Source: a virus. Taken from it: a stretch of DNA of 64,000 bases. Positions within the stretch are counted from its first letter, which is position 1. Each line of letters opens with the position of its first letter. The notes under the pieces were generated by a model that was not told the DNA's origin, did no database searches, and saw only the letters and a list, made by a program, of their open reading frames with translations. Both the position numbers and the translations under genes were made by a program. Location: positions 1 through 64,000 of the IMG/VR virus record IMGVR_UViG_3300045988_165036; one strand, 5' to 3'. Of the stretch, positions 39,380-49,460 are shown piece after piece.

Positions 39380-40035
39380 AATATAATTATGATTTGTCAA
39401 ATTATGATTATGTTTTAAGCTTCGACCTCGCAAAACAAAAGACTGGATGGGCACTTGTTAATATTAAATCAAACAGGGTCGAAATGTCCGGGATAATAAT
39501 TTTGAACGAAAAAGTAGATTCTGTTTGGCTTGATGTATACGATAAAATCGTAGTTGTTTTGGATGATGTTAAAAAACATTGTCAAAATTTGGATAAGAAG
39601 TTTTTCGTGTTGAAGGAGAAACTCCCAAATCAGGCCGGAAGATTTACGACAATTGCGTCTCTCCAAGGATTGGCGCAAGTCCACGCAATTTGGGAACTCG
39701 CTTGTAAAAAGTCGGAAGCAGAAGTTTATGATTTCGACGGCGTTCATTCTGTTAGTGTTAAGGCTTTCTTTAAGAGAAAATACGAGATTGAAAAACCTCA
39801 AAAGGAAGACATCGCGAAATTGGTTTGTAAAAATTATTGTTTTGACATCGGAGATAATCCATTAGATATTACTGATGCAATTGCTTGTGTTCAAACATTG
39901 ATTGAATATAAGTGGAATGAAGACATTAAAGATGAAATTAAAGAGCTCGAAAAAGAACAAAAAAATTATAAAACAAATAAAAAGAAAAATCAGATCGCCG
40001 AAAAAATTCAGCGGCTGGAAGTGTTGGAGGTTTAA
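39373..40035 (+). CDS. RuvC-like Holliday junction resolvase (phage type)
   Basis: YVLSFDLAKQKTGWALV matches RuvC motif I. Also VLKEKLP (Glu) and the C-terminal DITDAIACV (D..DA). TTG start overlaps the upstream stop. Confidence 0.5.
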   Translation: MVKYNYDLSNYDYVLSFDLAKQKTGWALVNIKSNRVEMSGIIILNEKVDSVWLDVYDKIVVVLDDVKKHCQNLDKKFFVLKEKLPNQAGRFTTIASLQGLAQVHAIWELACKKSEAEVYDFDGVHSVSVKAFFKRKYEIEKPQKEDIAKLVCKNYCFDIGDNPLDITDAIACVQTLIEYKWNEDIKDEIKELEKEQKNYKTNKKKNQIAEKIQRLEVLEV

Positions 40036-40037
40036 AT

Positions 40038-40364
40038 ATGGAAAATATTGGTTTATATTTAGGTATTGGAGCTGTCGTTCTTGCCTTTCTTTCGTATCTT
40101 GTGCCGCAGATTATTAAGTTCTGTAAAATGTCTAAGGATGATAAAAAGAAGCTTTTATTAACATATCTTGCTGGACTTGTAACGATGGCAGAGGAAGAAA
40201 TTGGTTCGGGGCACGGAGCGGAGAAGCTAGAAAAGGTTGAAAATTATTTTAAGGCTCACGCCGGGGTTTTTTATAAAATTATTTTGCTAATTTTTGGGAA
40301 AGAAAATCTAAAAGATTTAATTGAACAAGCGCTTGCACTTGTTAAGAAAAATTTCGAAAAGTAA
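40038..40364 (+). CDS. Holin-like protein (LL-H-like by eye)
   Basis: 108 aa with one N-terminal TM helix (IGLYLGIGAVVLAFLSYLV), then an amphipathic region with GSGHGAEKLEKV. RBS GGAGG. Confidence 0.4.
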   Translation: MENIGLYLGIGAVVLAFLSYLVPQIIKFCKMSKDDKKKLLLTYLAGLVTMAEEEIGSGHGAEKLEKVENYFKAHAGVFYKIILLIFGKENLKDLIEQALALVKKNFEK

Positions 40365-40388
40365 TTTTTTATAAGGAGAGGCATTTGT

Positions 40389-41213
40389 ATGATTACACTT
40401 CAAAATTTTGTTAAAAACGCAAACGCATATACGCTTTTGCTGACAATGGGAGAATACGATACGGCAGATATGCTTCCTACAGCACAAAAACCGTTTTCTC
40501 CTGAGTTTTATCCGGTGTCGGTAGATTATGGTGTCCCTGCACCCGGTTCCGTTGCCATTAATTATTTCACACAGGAAAACTTTATGTTCGTCAACGGGAT
40601 GTGGGGAAAAGATAGCGTCCCCTCTGTTCTCGAACAACTTACGGTGACTGAAAACAACGTATATACTCCGGACGAAGGCGTAGATGGATATGATAAAGTT
40701 ACGGTTAATGTTCCACAATTAGATACTTCCGACGCGACTGCAGTTGCTGGGGACATTTTGACCGGTAAGACCGCATATGTAAAAGACAAGAAGGTGACTG
40801 GAACTCTCAGCACTCAAATGAAGACCGCGACCCCGAGTTCTGCTTCGCAGACGATTACCCCGGACGCCGGTAAGCTGTTAAGCAGCGTTGTTGTTGAAGC
40901 AGCTCCACTTGACGCTGCGAAGACCGTTGCGGCTAGTACTTCTGCCAAAACGGTATCGCCAAGCACAGGGAAACTTGGTATCAAATCGGTTATTATTGAA
41001 CCGACGCCGAGTTCGCCGAAAACTGTTACGCCGACGAAGTCTGTTCAAAATGTTACTCCTAATGAAGGAGAACTTCTTTCTGATGTCACAGTAAATGCAA
41101 TTCCAAATGAATATATTATTCCGACTGGAACACAGACGATTACCACAAATGGGACCGTCGATGTAACGAATCTGGCAAGTGTTGTGGTTAACGTTCCGAC
41201 GACTGCCGGATAA
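40389..41213 (+). CDS. Tail/fibre-associated protein with short T/S/P-rich tandem repeats
   Basis: Repeats of the form TPSSASQTITPDAGKLLSSVVVEA / TSAKTVSPSTGKLGIKSVIIEP / PKTVTPTKSVQNVTPNEGELLSDVTVNA. Confidence 0.4.
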   Translation: MITLQNFVKNANAYTLLLTMGEYDTADMLPTAQKPFSPEFYPVSVDYGVPAPGSVAINYFTQENFMFVNGMWGKDSVPSVLEQLTVTENNVYTPDEGVDGYDKVTVNVPQLDTSDATAVAGDILTGKTAYVKDKKVTGTLSTQMKTATPSSASQTITPDAGKLLSSVVVEAAPLDAAKTVAASTSAKTVSPSTGKLGIKSVIIEPTPSSPKTVTPTKSVQNVTPNEGELLSDVTVNAIPNEYIIPTGTQTITTNGTVDVTNLASVVVNVPTTAG

Positions 41214-41231
41214 TAAAAGGAGAAAATAATT

Positions 41232-41483
41232 ATGGCTTGTAGAAATTGTGATCTGAAGAGAATTTATCGTCTTTTCGAAGAGAAAAAGCGTCGTGAAACC
41301 GAAGAAGCAGAAAAAAGAGCTCGTCGTGAGGCAGAAGATGTCGCAAAGCGTGCTCATAAAAAGAATACATATGTCCCGGTTGAAGCGGTCGTTGAACCGG
41401 TTGTCGAAACTGCAGAAGAAGTAAAAGCAGAAGATCCGGCTGTCGAAGAGTCTCGACCGGAAGATGATCTTGGTTTGATTTAA
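41232..41483 (+). CDS. Small charged hypothetical protein
   Basis: 83 aa with RBS AAGGAG, highly charged (R/E/K). Confidence 0.35.
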   Translation: MACRNCDLKRIYRLFEEKKRRETEEAEKRARREAEDVAKRAHKKNTYVPVEAVVEPVVETAEEVKAEDPAVEESRPEDDLGLI

Positions 41484-41493
41484 AAATGGGTGT

Positions 41494-41528
41494 GCGGGCG
41501 GGTCCGAGAGGAACCTCCGCCCGCCCGC
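41494..41528 (+). terminator. GC-rich hairpin (terminator candidate, no adjacent U-run)
   Basis: GCGGGCGGG (41494-502) pairs with CCCGCCCGC (41520-28), with an inner GAGG/CCTC stem. Confidence 0.45.
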
Positions 41529-41563
41529 ATACTTTCAAAATAATTAAAAAGGGGGTTTGAGAA

Positions 41564-44500
41564 ATGGCAATTTATAAACCAACAGACTGCAGTCCGTTTA
41601 ACGGAACGTTTGATTTATCGTCAGACTTGCCAATAGTTTTTGAATGCAAGATTGATACTTCTAATAGTCCTGTTACGGGGTATTCAATTGAAATATATAA
41701 CAGCAACAATGAAATAATTTTCCCCGGTGCCAATAGAACAACAGGCCCAATTAAAAGCAATGTAACATATTTAACAGATTTAAAAGAATATGTTGCGACT
41801 AATTTTTCGTCGCTGCTACCGAATTTAAAAAACATCAACTCCGGATTAAATGGAAGTTACCTTGAAATTCCGTTTTATGTTAAAGAAATCGATGCCAAGG
41901 TTGATTCAACAGTTTCTAGAAATCAAATGTCGGAAAATTCAATTCCGAATCTGGTTGAAGGTCAGACATATACGTGGAAAATCACACTGTACCAAGAAGT
42001 AAGAAAGGGAGATAGTGTAAGCGCGACAACAGATGATTCTATTTTTCCGCCGAATGCTGAAAAATATTATGATATGGTAGTTACAAGTGGAACGATAATC
42101 GGGCCTAATGAAAAAAGAATTCAAACCGCGCTAATCGATAGCGATGATAAGGTTGTTGACAATTTAGTTTTAATTGATAAGTTTGTTCAACCAATTAAAA
42201 TTGACAGGTTGAGTGGTTATGATCCAAGTAATCCTGTAACAAGTTGGAGCGGAACGATTCCAAAATCCTTTACGATGACGCGTTCATTGATTTCGGGTTA
42301 TGATTCAACATATGGATATATCTATCCGTCAACGGCAGAAGACAACGCGCTTGCCGAAGGTCAAATTGCCGAAGAAACAACAAACGGTTTTCAAATTTTT
42401 AAAAATGGCAACAACCCCGCTAATTTAACGGCAACTGATATGGTTGAATTTGTTTATAATGAAAAAAAAACAAAGGGAGAAATGGTTTGGAAATCAAATG
42501 TTGCAAAACCAGAACTTTCGTATTGGGAGCAAACATATTATCAAACCGCAGATCCAAATGGAACATACTATCCGCTTTCTGGTGATTATTATTCATATCC
42601 AATCTCTTCTGAAGAAAGAATTATATTTAATAATATTCAAGAATCAAAAGTAGAATTTGATAAAAAATATTATGGATCCCCATATAATGGAGTTTTCAAA
42701 CCTGATTTTTCATCAAAAAAGATAGAATTAAAATTTGAAGATTTGGATGGTAAAAGAATTATACCTGCTGGGCTTTATTTAATTAAAAAAAATCCGAGCT
42801 TAACAACTCTTTCCTGTAATATTTCTTTTAGTTCTTTTTGTCCAGACATAAATATTCAAGACAATTATATATATTCCGATATATTTATTAAACCCGGAAG
42901 TATTAGTTATATTGAAAACGATGTCGGAACAATTGTTGCATATGAAGATGGAGAGTGGACAGATGAGAAATGTAGATATATATCAATATCTTCTGATATC
43001 AAAGAGCCATATTCATATGAACTTATTCGTTTTTATAACTGGTTAAAAAACAACATAGAATCAGACATATGTTATCAAATCAAAACACAGTGGTTAAGAA
43101 CGCCAGACGCGACGACATGGGGCGCTCTTTCTAATAAAGTTGTTTACTGCCGTCAAGATGGTAAGAACTACGAAGTAAACACCAAAACACAGGCGGGAGA
43201 AACAAATAATACTCCGTTTAAATTTGTCGCAGAAAAGCCAGTTAGAATTTTCAATACGGTATCAAAACAGTCAAACACAGTTACTTTTAGTGAAGATTCC
43301 GAAGGTTTGCCGGGAACATATTTTGGAAATGTGAATGAAAAAATTTCTTCGCTTACTTCTGTTGTTCTTGCCAATGGTGTAGACATTACGAAGAATTGTC
43401 TATATTCCGTCGGAGATGGTGAAATCGTTATCAAAACGGGTGGGAAAATCAACCCGGATAATATTGCTGTAACATATGTTCCATACGCGCAAAGAGATTA
43501 TGCCGGAGTAATTTTCTACAACAAACAAACGAAATCCAATTCAGATACTGGAATTATTTATATCAGGCCTTCTATCAACATTAATAAAAATATGATCTTT
43601 AAAGAAATAACAACAACAGCTAAGCCAACTTGGTTTAATATCAATTATTTTAACAAAGATTATAATTATATTACTTACATTGGAAATCAGGGATTCAATC
43701 CAGAAATTGACAAAACTCGTTATCAGATTAAAAGTTTTTATAAAGATAGTGACTATAATCCGTTTTCAATTTACAAAAACCCGAAGATCGTATCGACAAT
43801 TTCTGAAAATGTAATTGACTCGGATAGAGGCATCAACGCAATAACAACTCGTAATTTTACAGTTACTTCGACTTATAGTCAAGATAACTATATTCAGTGG
43901 AAGAGTTACCAATGGATTTTATATGATTCTGCTAAAAGAACTGTTCTCGCGAAGACAGACGAACAATATGGCGGAGAAATAACTGCGACATTTTACGGGC
44001 TTGAATCACAACAATATTATATTTTGTCTCTTATTTTACAGACAAATACTGGTAAAATTATTGAAATCGATTATGTCATTTATTCTAATTTTACAGAAAC
44101 GGCAGAACAGAGAGATTTGGTTGATGCCGAATTTGATTGCGACACACTTGCAATGGAGGCGAGTCTGAAGTTTCTTGATGTTGTTTTGGCTCCCGACGCA
44201 GACCAATATTTGTCTGGGGCCGCTATCCCGATTAAAAATACGGCATATTATTATGATTTAAAGTCTGGTTTTTATAAAAAGGAAAACCAGGCCGTTGCTT
44301 CTGTTGATAACGGCGTTTTAACAATAACCGGGCAAAATTCGCTTGATTTTAGCAAATCTTTTGAAAATTACGCAATTAATTCAAGCACAAGAACCGGGTC
44401 AATTCAAATAGACGCGGATGAAATTGTAGTTGAGGGTTCTTTTGATTTTTCCAAAGATTATAATGGAGATATCTTTTCGGTTTCTCGTGGCGAAGAAGGA

Positions 44501-45361
44501 ACTGGCACTATTAAAGTCTCTATTCCAGAAGCAATTAAATCGATAGATTCAGATGGATTTGTCACTCTTTCAGACGATATTAACAAAGTTCAGATTGGAC
44601 CAAACTCCTATCTTAGAATAATTGATAAAACTGGAATAGTGTCAAAGTCAAAAGAATGGCAAAATTCCAGCGAATTCCATAACACATCGATTTGGCAGGT
44701 TGGCGGAATTGTTCCGAACGGGGACAGAATTAATGTTGCTAATTTTAAATATGCGGAAGTGGATAATGGAGATGGGACATATAACAAAGACACATATTTA
44801 AATATCGCCGGTCCGTTTAACACAAATTCGGATGAGGCGATACGAAATCCGATGGCAAAAAACGAACAGCCTTTCTCTTTTTATGATAATAAAAATATTA
44901 CTATGAAATGTAAAGATGGAGACCAAATAGTTGCCTTTCAAATCAATCAACCCGATAAACTTATCTGGGTTGATAACACGCCGGAAGGAAGTCCGAAAGA
45001 TGTTGTTATCAACGCAAATGGATCAGTCGTTACATCACAGCCAAGATCTGTTTTGTCAAAAGTGGCTCTTATATGGGACGACAACGCTGTTTGGAAAGAC
45101 GGAACATATTTGGAAAACGGAACCGGTCTTTCTGCTAAAATCGGGGAAGTACGAGTCAACGGGAATGTTGTCGAGATTGACGCAATCTCTGGAATAGAAA
45201 ACCCAACATATACGAATACTGATCTTGTTAAACAAGAAAAAGTTCAGGCATCAATCAAAGAGAGAGAGAATCTTTTGAAAACCAATCTTTCATTCAGAAT
45301 CTTTATTAATACAAATAATTTTACAATAGATCAGTTGAGAAGTGTTTGTTATGTCAATTAA
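41564..45361 (+). CDS. Large tail/baseplate protein (1,265 aa)
   Basis: RBS AAGGGGG. Size and position downstream of the tape-measure gene fit this role. No motif recognised. Confidence 0.4.
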   Translation: MAIYKPTDCSPFNGTFDLSSDLPIVFECKIDTSNSPVTGYSIEIYNSNNEIIFPGANRTTGPIKSNVTYLTDLKEYVATNFSSLLPNLKNINSGLNGSYLEIPFYVKEIDAKVDSTVSRNQMSENSIPNLVEGQTYTWKITLYQEVRKGDSVSATTDDSIFPPNAEKYYDMVVTSGTIIGPNEKRIQTALIDSDDKVVDNLVLIDKFVQPIKIDRLSGYDPSNPVTSWSGTIPKSFTMTRSLISGYDSTYGYIYPSTAEDNALAEGQIAEETTNGFQIFKNGNNPANLTATDMVEFVYNEKKTKGEMVWKSNVAKPELSYWEQTYYQTADPNGTYYPLSGDYYSYPISSEERIIFNNIQESKVEFDKKYYGSPYNGVFKPDFSSKKIELKFEDLDGKRIIPAGLYLIKKNPSLTTLSCNISFSSFCPDINIQDNYIYSDIFIKPGSISYIENDVGTIVAYEDGEWTDEKCRYISISSDIKEPYSYELIRFYNWLKNNIESDICYQIKTQWLRTPDATTWGALSNKVVYCRQDGKNYEVNTKTQAGETNNTPFKFVAEKPVRIFNTVSKQSNTVTFSEDSEGLPGTYFGNVNEKISSLTSVVLANGVDITKNCLYSVGDGEIVIKTGGKINPDNIAVTYVPYAQRDYAGVIFYNKQTKSNSDTGIIYIRPSININKNMIFKEITTTAKPTWFNINYFNKDYNYITYIGNQGFNPEIDKTRYQIKSFYKDSDYNPFSIYKNPKIVSTISENVIDSDRGINAITTRNFTVTSTYSQDNYIQWKSYQWILYDSAKRTVLAKTDEQYGGEITATFYGLESQQYYILSLILQTNTGKIIEIDYVIYSNFTETAEQRDLVDAEFDCDTLAMEASLKFLDVVLAPDADQYLSGAAIPIKNTAYYYDLKSGFYKKENQAVASVDNGVLTITGQNSLDFSKSFENYAINSSTRTGSIQIDADEIVVEGSFDFSKDYNGDIFSVSRGEEGTGTIKVSIPEAIKSIDSDGFVTLSDDINKVQIGPNSYLRIIDKTGIVSKSKEWQNSSEFHNTSIWQVGGIVPNGDRINVANFKYAEVDNGDGTYNKDTYLNIAGPFNTNSDEAIRNPMAKNEQPFSFYDNKNITMKCKDGDQIVAFQINQPDKLIWVDNTPEGSPKDVVINANGSVVTSQPRSVLSKVALIWDDNAVWKDGTYLENGTGLSAKIGEVRVNGNVVEIDAISGIENPTYTNTDLVKQEKVQASIKERENLLKTNLSFRIFINTNNFTIDQLRSVCYVN

Positions 45362-45393
45362 TTATCAAAATACAAAGAAAGGAGCTCCGAATT

Positions 45394-46563
45394 TTGAAAT
45401 TAAAATTTTCGATTGGACCTGGGGATTCGTTAAATCCCGGAGTTCTTAATTCAGTTAGTACACAATATTTAAGCTCAAATTTTTTTTATTTATCTTCGTC
45501 CGAAAACGGAATTGCTCCAAGGGCGCAGGACGGAGCTCCAGAAAAAATCAACAACGCGAACATTCAGCAAGTTCTTGACGAAAACCTTCGTTCTGTTATC
45601 GGTCTTTTTAATTTTGAAGATATTAAAAAGGGCGAAGAAATAGTTGCGACTGCGGCAGCGGAAGGAGTTTCTAACGCCGACCAGTCGTTGTACGCGGTTT
45701 CTGTTTACAAGAAAGAAATTTGGTATGATAGAGAGACTGGAAAATCAATGGAGGAACCCGTTTGGACCCCCGTCGTATTAAATGAATCCTCTAATATTAT
45801 TCGAGACTTCAATATTGGAAATAATCGTTATTATAAATATGTTTTTCGACTTGTTGAAAACAAGACCGACGGAGGACTCGAATACCAGTCTGGAATTATT
45901 GTTCCGATTAAAACAAGTTGGCAGGGGTGGTCAATTACAGAACTTCACGAAACAGACGATCCGAAAGTCTTTACAGCCGCCCCAAAAGATGTTTGGAAAT
46001 TTAAGTATAATATTTCCAACGGAGCACAAACACAGAATGTCGCTAAAACACAGCAGGACACGCTGTCCCGATACCCGATTTTCAGTCACGGTGTGAAAAA
46101 TGCAGTTGGCGGAAGCGTTACCTGTTTGCTTGGTCGTGAAATGATTAACGCAGATTACACCAATAAAGAGTGGGTTTATGAACAAGCCCCGAATACATCA
46201 GAACCGAATTTTATCTGGAGAGAAAATAACGGGCCGTTCGAAAATCTCGGCGGTTATCGAGAGCGTCTTGGAAGGGTTCAAAACTTTTGCGGAACAAACC
46301 CCGATTATCTTTCCGCTTCAGTTCTTGGTTTCCGCAATTTAACATCTAACGAAGCAGTCGATATGCTCGACAAGTGGCGCGATGTTTGTTATTCCGGAAA
46401 TCCGAAACTGTTAAAAGATCAAAAGGGTCAAACTTTTATTATTCAAATTACCGATCCGAGCAATACTACGAACGAGGCTTGGGAGAAGATGCCAGAAGAA
46501 ATTTCGTTTAGCTGGATTGAGATTGCCGACGCAAAATACTGTCGTATCATTCAGACAGAATAA
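45394..46563 (+). CDS. Baseplate/tail protein candidate
   Basis: TTG start 9 nt after GGAG. The ORF track starts at 45346. The call rests on position only. Confidence 0.35.
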   Translation: MKLKFSIGPGDSLNPGVLNSVSTQYLSSNFFYLSSSENGIAPRAQDGAPEKINNANIQQVLDENLRSVIGLFNFEDIKKGEEIVATAAAEGVSNADQSLYAVSVYKKEIWYDRETGKSMEEPVWTPVVLNESSNIIRDFNIGNNRYYKYVFRLVENKTDGGLEYQSGIIVPIKTSWQGWSITELHETDDPKVFTAAPKDVWKFKYNISNGAQTQNVAKTQQDTLSRYPIFSHGVKNAVGGSVTCLLGREMINADYTNKEWVYEQAPNTSEPNFIWRENNGPFENLGGYRERLGRVQNFCGTNPDYLSASVLGFRNLTSNEAVDMLDKWRDVCYSGNPKLLKDQKGQTFIIQITDPSNTTNEAWEKMPEEISFSWIEIADAKYCRIIQTE

Positions 46564-46639
46564 CAGAAAGGACTAGTTGTTAAGTAGTCTGTTTTATAGA
46601 CAAAAGCACAGACAGGTGGACAAGTGTATTATTACATTT

Positions 46640-46890
46640 CTTGTCTGTACTTGCTTGACAACAGGTTTCAAGCTTTAGTGAATGCTGTTTTACGAAAGTA
46701 ATCCTGCATGATGAACTACGTTGGGGAAAAGGTTAAAAACGCATCTTCGGATGTACTCGTCAGTCTGAAGCTCTGCGAGTGCCAATCAAGAAACTGTGCT
46801 AGTGTCCTGCATAGATAACAGAGAAACACATATACCCTCCCCGACATTGGCAAGACGAAAATTACTCCGAAAGGAAGGCATCCAGAGATG
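46640..46890 (+). ncRNA. omega-RNA candidate upstream of iscB
   Basis: Dense hairpins, for example GCATC-UUCG-GATG at 46741-54. The segments CUGCGAGUG, GGCAAGAC and CUCCGAAAGGA run into the iscB RBS/start, as in published IscB omega-RNA scaffolds (from memory). The 5' end and guide are not defined. Confidence 0.5.
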
Positions 46891-48135
46891 GAAAACAAAA
46901 TTGAATACTGCTTTGTGGTTGATAAAAACAATCGGCCATTGGCGCCGACGAAAGTTAATAAAGGCTGGTATCTGGTTAGAAAAGGCAGGGCAAAAATAAA
47001 ATCCAGATATCCTATGGTAATACAGTTGGAAAAGGAAGTGGAACCTGATGAAGATGATGAAAGCCATATGGTCTGCGGTATTGATGACGGTTCTATGCAT
47101 GTAGGGCTTGCCATTGTTCAGAAATGTCCTACCAAAAATAAAGTGGTTTTTAAAGGGACGATGGAACAACGCCGGGACGTAAAACATTTAATAGATATCA
47201 GACGTGGATATAGGCGTTATCACCGTTATCATAAAAGATACAGGCAGACAAGATTTAATAACCGTTCATCTTCTAAACGAAGCAACAGGTTGGCGCCAAG
47301 TATCAGACAGAAGAAAGATGCTGTTTTAAGGGTATTGTATCGGCTTAATAAGTGGTGCAACATCCAGGAATACTTCCTTGAAGATGTCTGCATGGATGTC
47401 CGTGCAATGACAGATGGTTACAAACCCTATAGTTGGCAGTATCAGAAATCTAACCGTTTGGATGAAAACCTTAGAAAAGCCGCTATTCTGAGAGATAATT
47501 ATAAATGTCAGGAATGTGGGAAATCCGGCTGTGTGTTAGAAGTACATCATATCAGGGCAAGAAAATATGGCGGAGCAGATACCATTGGGAATCTGATCAC
47601 GTTATGTGGAAAGTGTCATGATAAAACAAAAGGCAGAGAGCGGGATTTTGAAAACAGATATTTTGATATGATCAAATCCCAGCCGAAAAAATTTGATTAT
47701 GCTATGCATGTTATGCAGGGAAAAACCTATCTGAGAGAAAAGATTTCTGAATTAGGAATATTGCATCTTACAAATGGCGGGGATACTGCTAATAAACGCA
47801 TTAACTGGAATATAGAAAAGTCCCATAGTAATGATGCGATATGCATTACAGATAGTATTCCTGATACGTGTGATGTGAAAGAATGGATTATTAAGCCAAT
47901 GAGAAGGAAGTCGAAAGCTAAAACGGATAATGTGTTAGGAATTAAGCATAGGGATTTAGTTTCTTATACATATAAAAATGGAGAAACTCATACAGGATAC
48001 GTCACTGCTTTATATCCAGAACGAGTAGCTTTGAATTTTCAATCAAAAACCAAACATTGTAAAAAAGTAAATGCGCGAAAATGCAAATTGCTTTGGAGGT
48101 TTAATAATATTTATTGGTTAGAACAACGCGTATAA
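46888..48135 (+). CDS. iscB: IscB RNA-guided nuclease (PLMP-like domain, split RuvC, bridge helix, HNH, C-terminal TAM-interaction domain)
   Basis: N-terminus [29 protein letters not shown] (PLMP-type). Ruv[19 protein letters not shown]. Arg-rich bridge [22 protein letters not shown]. Ruv[55 protein letters not shown]. Ruv[13 protein letters not shown]. 415 aa. Confidence 0.85.
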   Translation: MENKIEYCFVVDKNNRPLAPTKVNKGWYLVRKGRAKIKSRYPMVIQLEKEVEPDEDDESHMVCGIDDGSMHVGLAIVQKCPTKNKVVFKGTMEQRRDVKHLIDIRRGYRRYHRYHKRYRQTRFNNRSSSKRSNRLAPSIRQKKDAVLRVLYRLNKWCNIQEYFLEDVCMDVRAMTDGYKPYSWQYQKSNRLDENLRKAAILRDNYKCQECGKSGCVLEVHHIRARKYGGADTIGNLITLCGKCHDKTKGRERDFENRYFDMIKSQPKKFDYAMHVMQGKTYLREKISELGILHLTNGGDTANKRINWNIEKSHSNDAICITDSIPDTCDVKEWIIKPMRRKSKAKTDNVLGIKHRDLVSYTYKNGETHTGYVTALYPERVALNFQSKTKHCKKVNARKCKLLWRFNNIYWLEQRV

Positions 48136-48185
48136 TTTTACATATTCGTCTATATAAGCATATTTTGAGAAAGGGGGGCGGCATT

Positions 48186-49445
48186 ATGCCACAGATTTCT
48201 AACCAAATCAAAATGGGATCTGGCGAAAATTATAAGTATATCATTGACGGGAAGAATGCCGCCGTCGGCGATATTAAAAAGTATTTAAAAATTTCAGAGA
48301 TTAAAAAGATTATTGGAAGAAAAACAATTTACCCTCGATTCCGTATTTTTGTTTTGAATCCGGACGAAACAGTGAATTATCAGCTTCCAAACGAAGACAT
48401 TTTGTCCGGTGGTTCGTATAGTGAAAATTATCAAAACGGTTCTCGCCGGACGCTGTCTTTTTCATTAAACAATCAAGAAGGAAAATATACTCCGTCGATC
48501 AATAATTTGTGGGTAGATACGAAAGTTCGACTCGATGTTGGGTTGGAAGTTCCGGACGAAAATCTAATTATTTGGTTTCATAAAGGCGTTTTTGTGATTA
48601 CTTCTGCCGATCCATCAAAATCGACAGAAACCAAAACGGTGCCTATAAGTTGTGCTGACAAGTTCGAAATTTTGAATGGAAAACGCGGAACGGTTGGAAC
48701 GACGGTCGAGATTCCTCCAGGTATGCCAATCAGAGATGTTATTCAAGACATTTTGTGGTATGACAGCGGGACAGGCGATGTTCTCGACCCGATTCCGTTC
48801 TTTTATCATCCCGCGTTTGAGGGAAAAGTAACGCCGATTACGATAACACTGTCCGCCGGGTCGAATTATGGGAATTTGATTATGCAGATTGCGGATGTTC
48901 TGTCTGCAGAGGTCTTTTATGACTCCTACGGACAGTTAAATTTCGTTCCGGTTATTGATGTGATTTCTGACGGAGACAAACCAAACCTTTATGATTATTC
49001 AATTGAACATCTGCAAAATGAAAACTTTTCAATTGATTTAAACTCTTTTGTCAACTGTGTTTATGTTGTAGGGGCAAATATCAATGGACATATTTGCACG
49101 GCAGTTAAAAAGAACGAAGATCCGACTTCTCCGATTTCGGTTGGAAGAATCGGGCTTCGTGTCGCTGATGTGATTAATGACTCCAACATTACGACAGACC
49201 AATTGGCGGAAGAACGGGCAGAGTATGAATTGCGGAAAAAGATCATATCGGAAAGCACATTAAGCAGTTCTGTTATGTTTAATCCGCTTTTAAGTGTTAA
49301 TAATATAGTAACATATACAGATGAGGAAGATTTCGATATGAAACGAGAAAGATTTTTAATCCAGAGCATTTCCTTTAACTTGGGATACGACGGACTAATG
49401 TCATTGAACGTTTCGAATGTAAATAATCTTTCGTTTGTATATTAA
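48186..49445 (+). CDS. Baseplate/tail protein candidate
   Basis: ATG 48186 follows GAAAGGGGGG. The ORF-track start 48114 overlaps iscB and is unlikely. Confidence 0.4.
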   Translation: MPQISNQIKMGSGENYKYIIDGKNAAVGDIKKYLKISEIKKIIGRKTIYPRFRIFVLNPDETVNYQLPNEDILSGGSYSENYQNGSRRTLSFSLNNQEGKYTPSINNLWVDTKVRLDVGLEVPDENLIIWFHKGVFVITSADPSKSTETKTVPISCADKFEILNGKRGTVGTTVEIPPGMPIRDVIQDILWYDSGTGDVLDPIPFFYHPAFEGKVTPITITLSAGSNYGNLIMQIADVLSAEVFYDSYGQLNFVPVIDVISDGDKPNLYDYSIEHLQNENFSIDLNSFVNCVYVVGANINGHICTAVKKNEDPTSPISVGRIGLRVADVINDSNITTDQLAEERAEYELRKKIISESTLSSSVMFNPLLSVNNIVTYTDEEDFDMKRERFLIQSISFNLGYDGLMSLNVSNVNNLSFVY

Positions 49446-49460
49446 TAGAAAGGAGATAGT

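Larger units (their letters stand above)
46564..48140 (+). mobile_element. TnpA-less IscB/OMEGA element (IS200/IS605-derived), boundaries unresolved
   Basis: A 324-nt structured non-coding region plus the iscB ORF occupies the gap between two baseplate genes, each of which has its own stop or RBS. Confidence 0.6.

Noticed and set aside
46655-46683. TTGACA-17-GTGAAT inside the iscB upstream region, considered as a promoter feature.
   Set aside because: The -10 lacks the key A2 position, so I did not annotate it. It is mentioned only as a possible omega-RNA promoter in the IscB finding.
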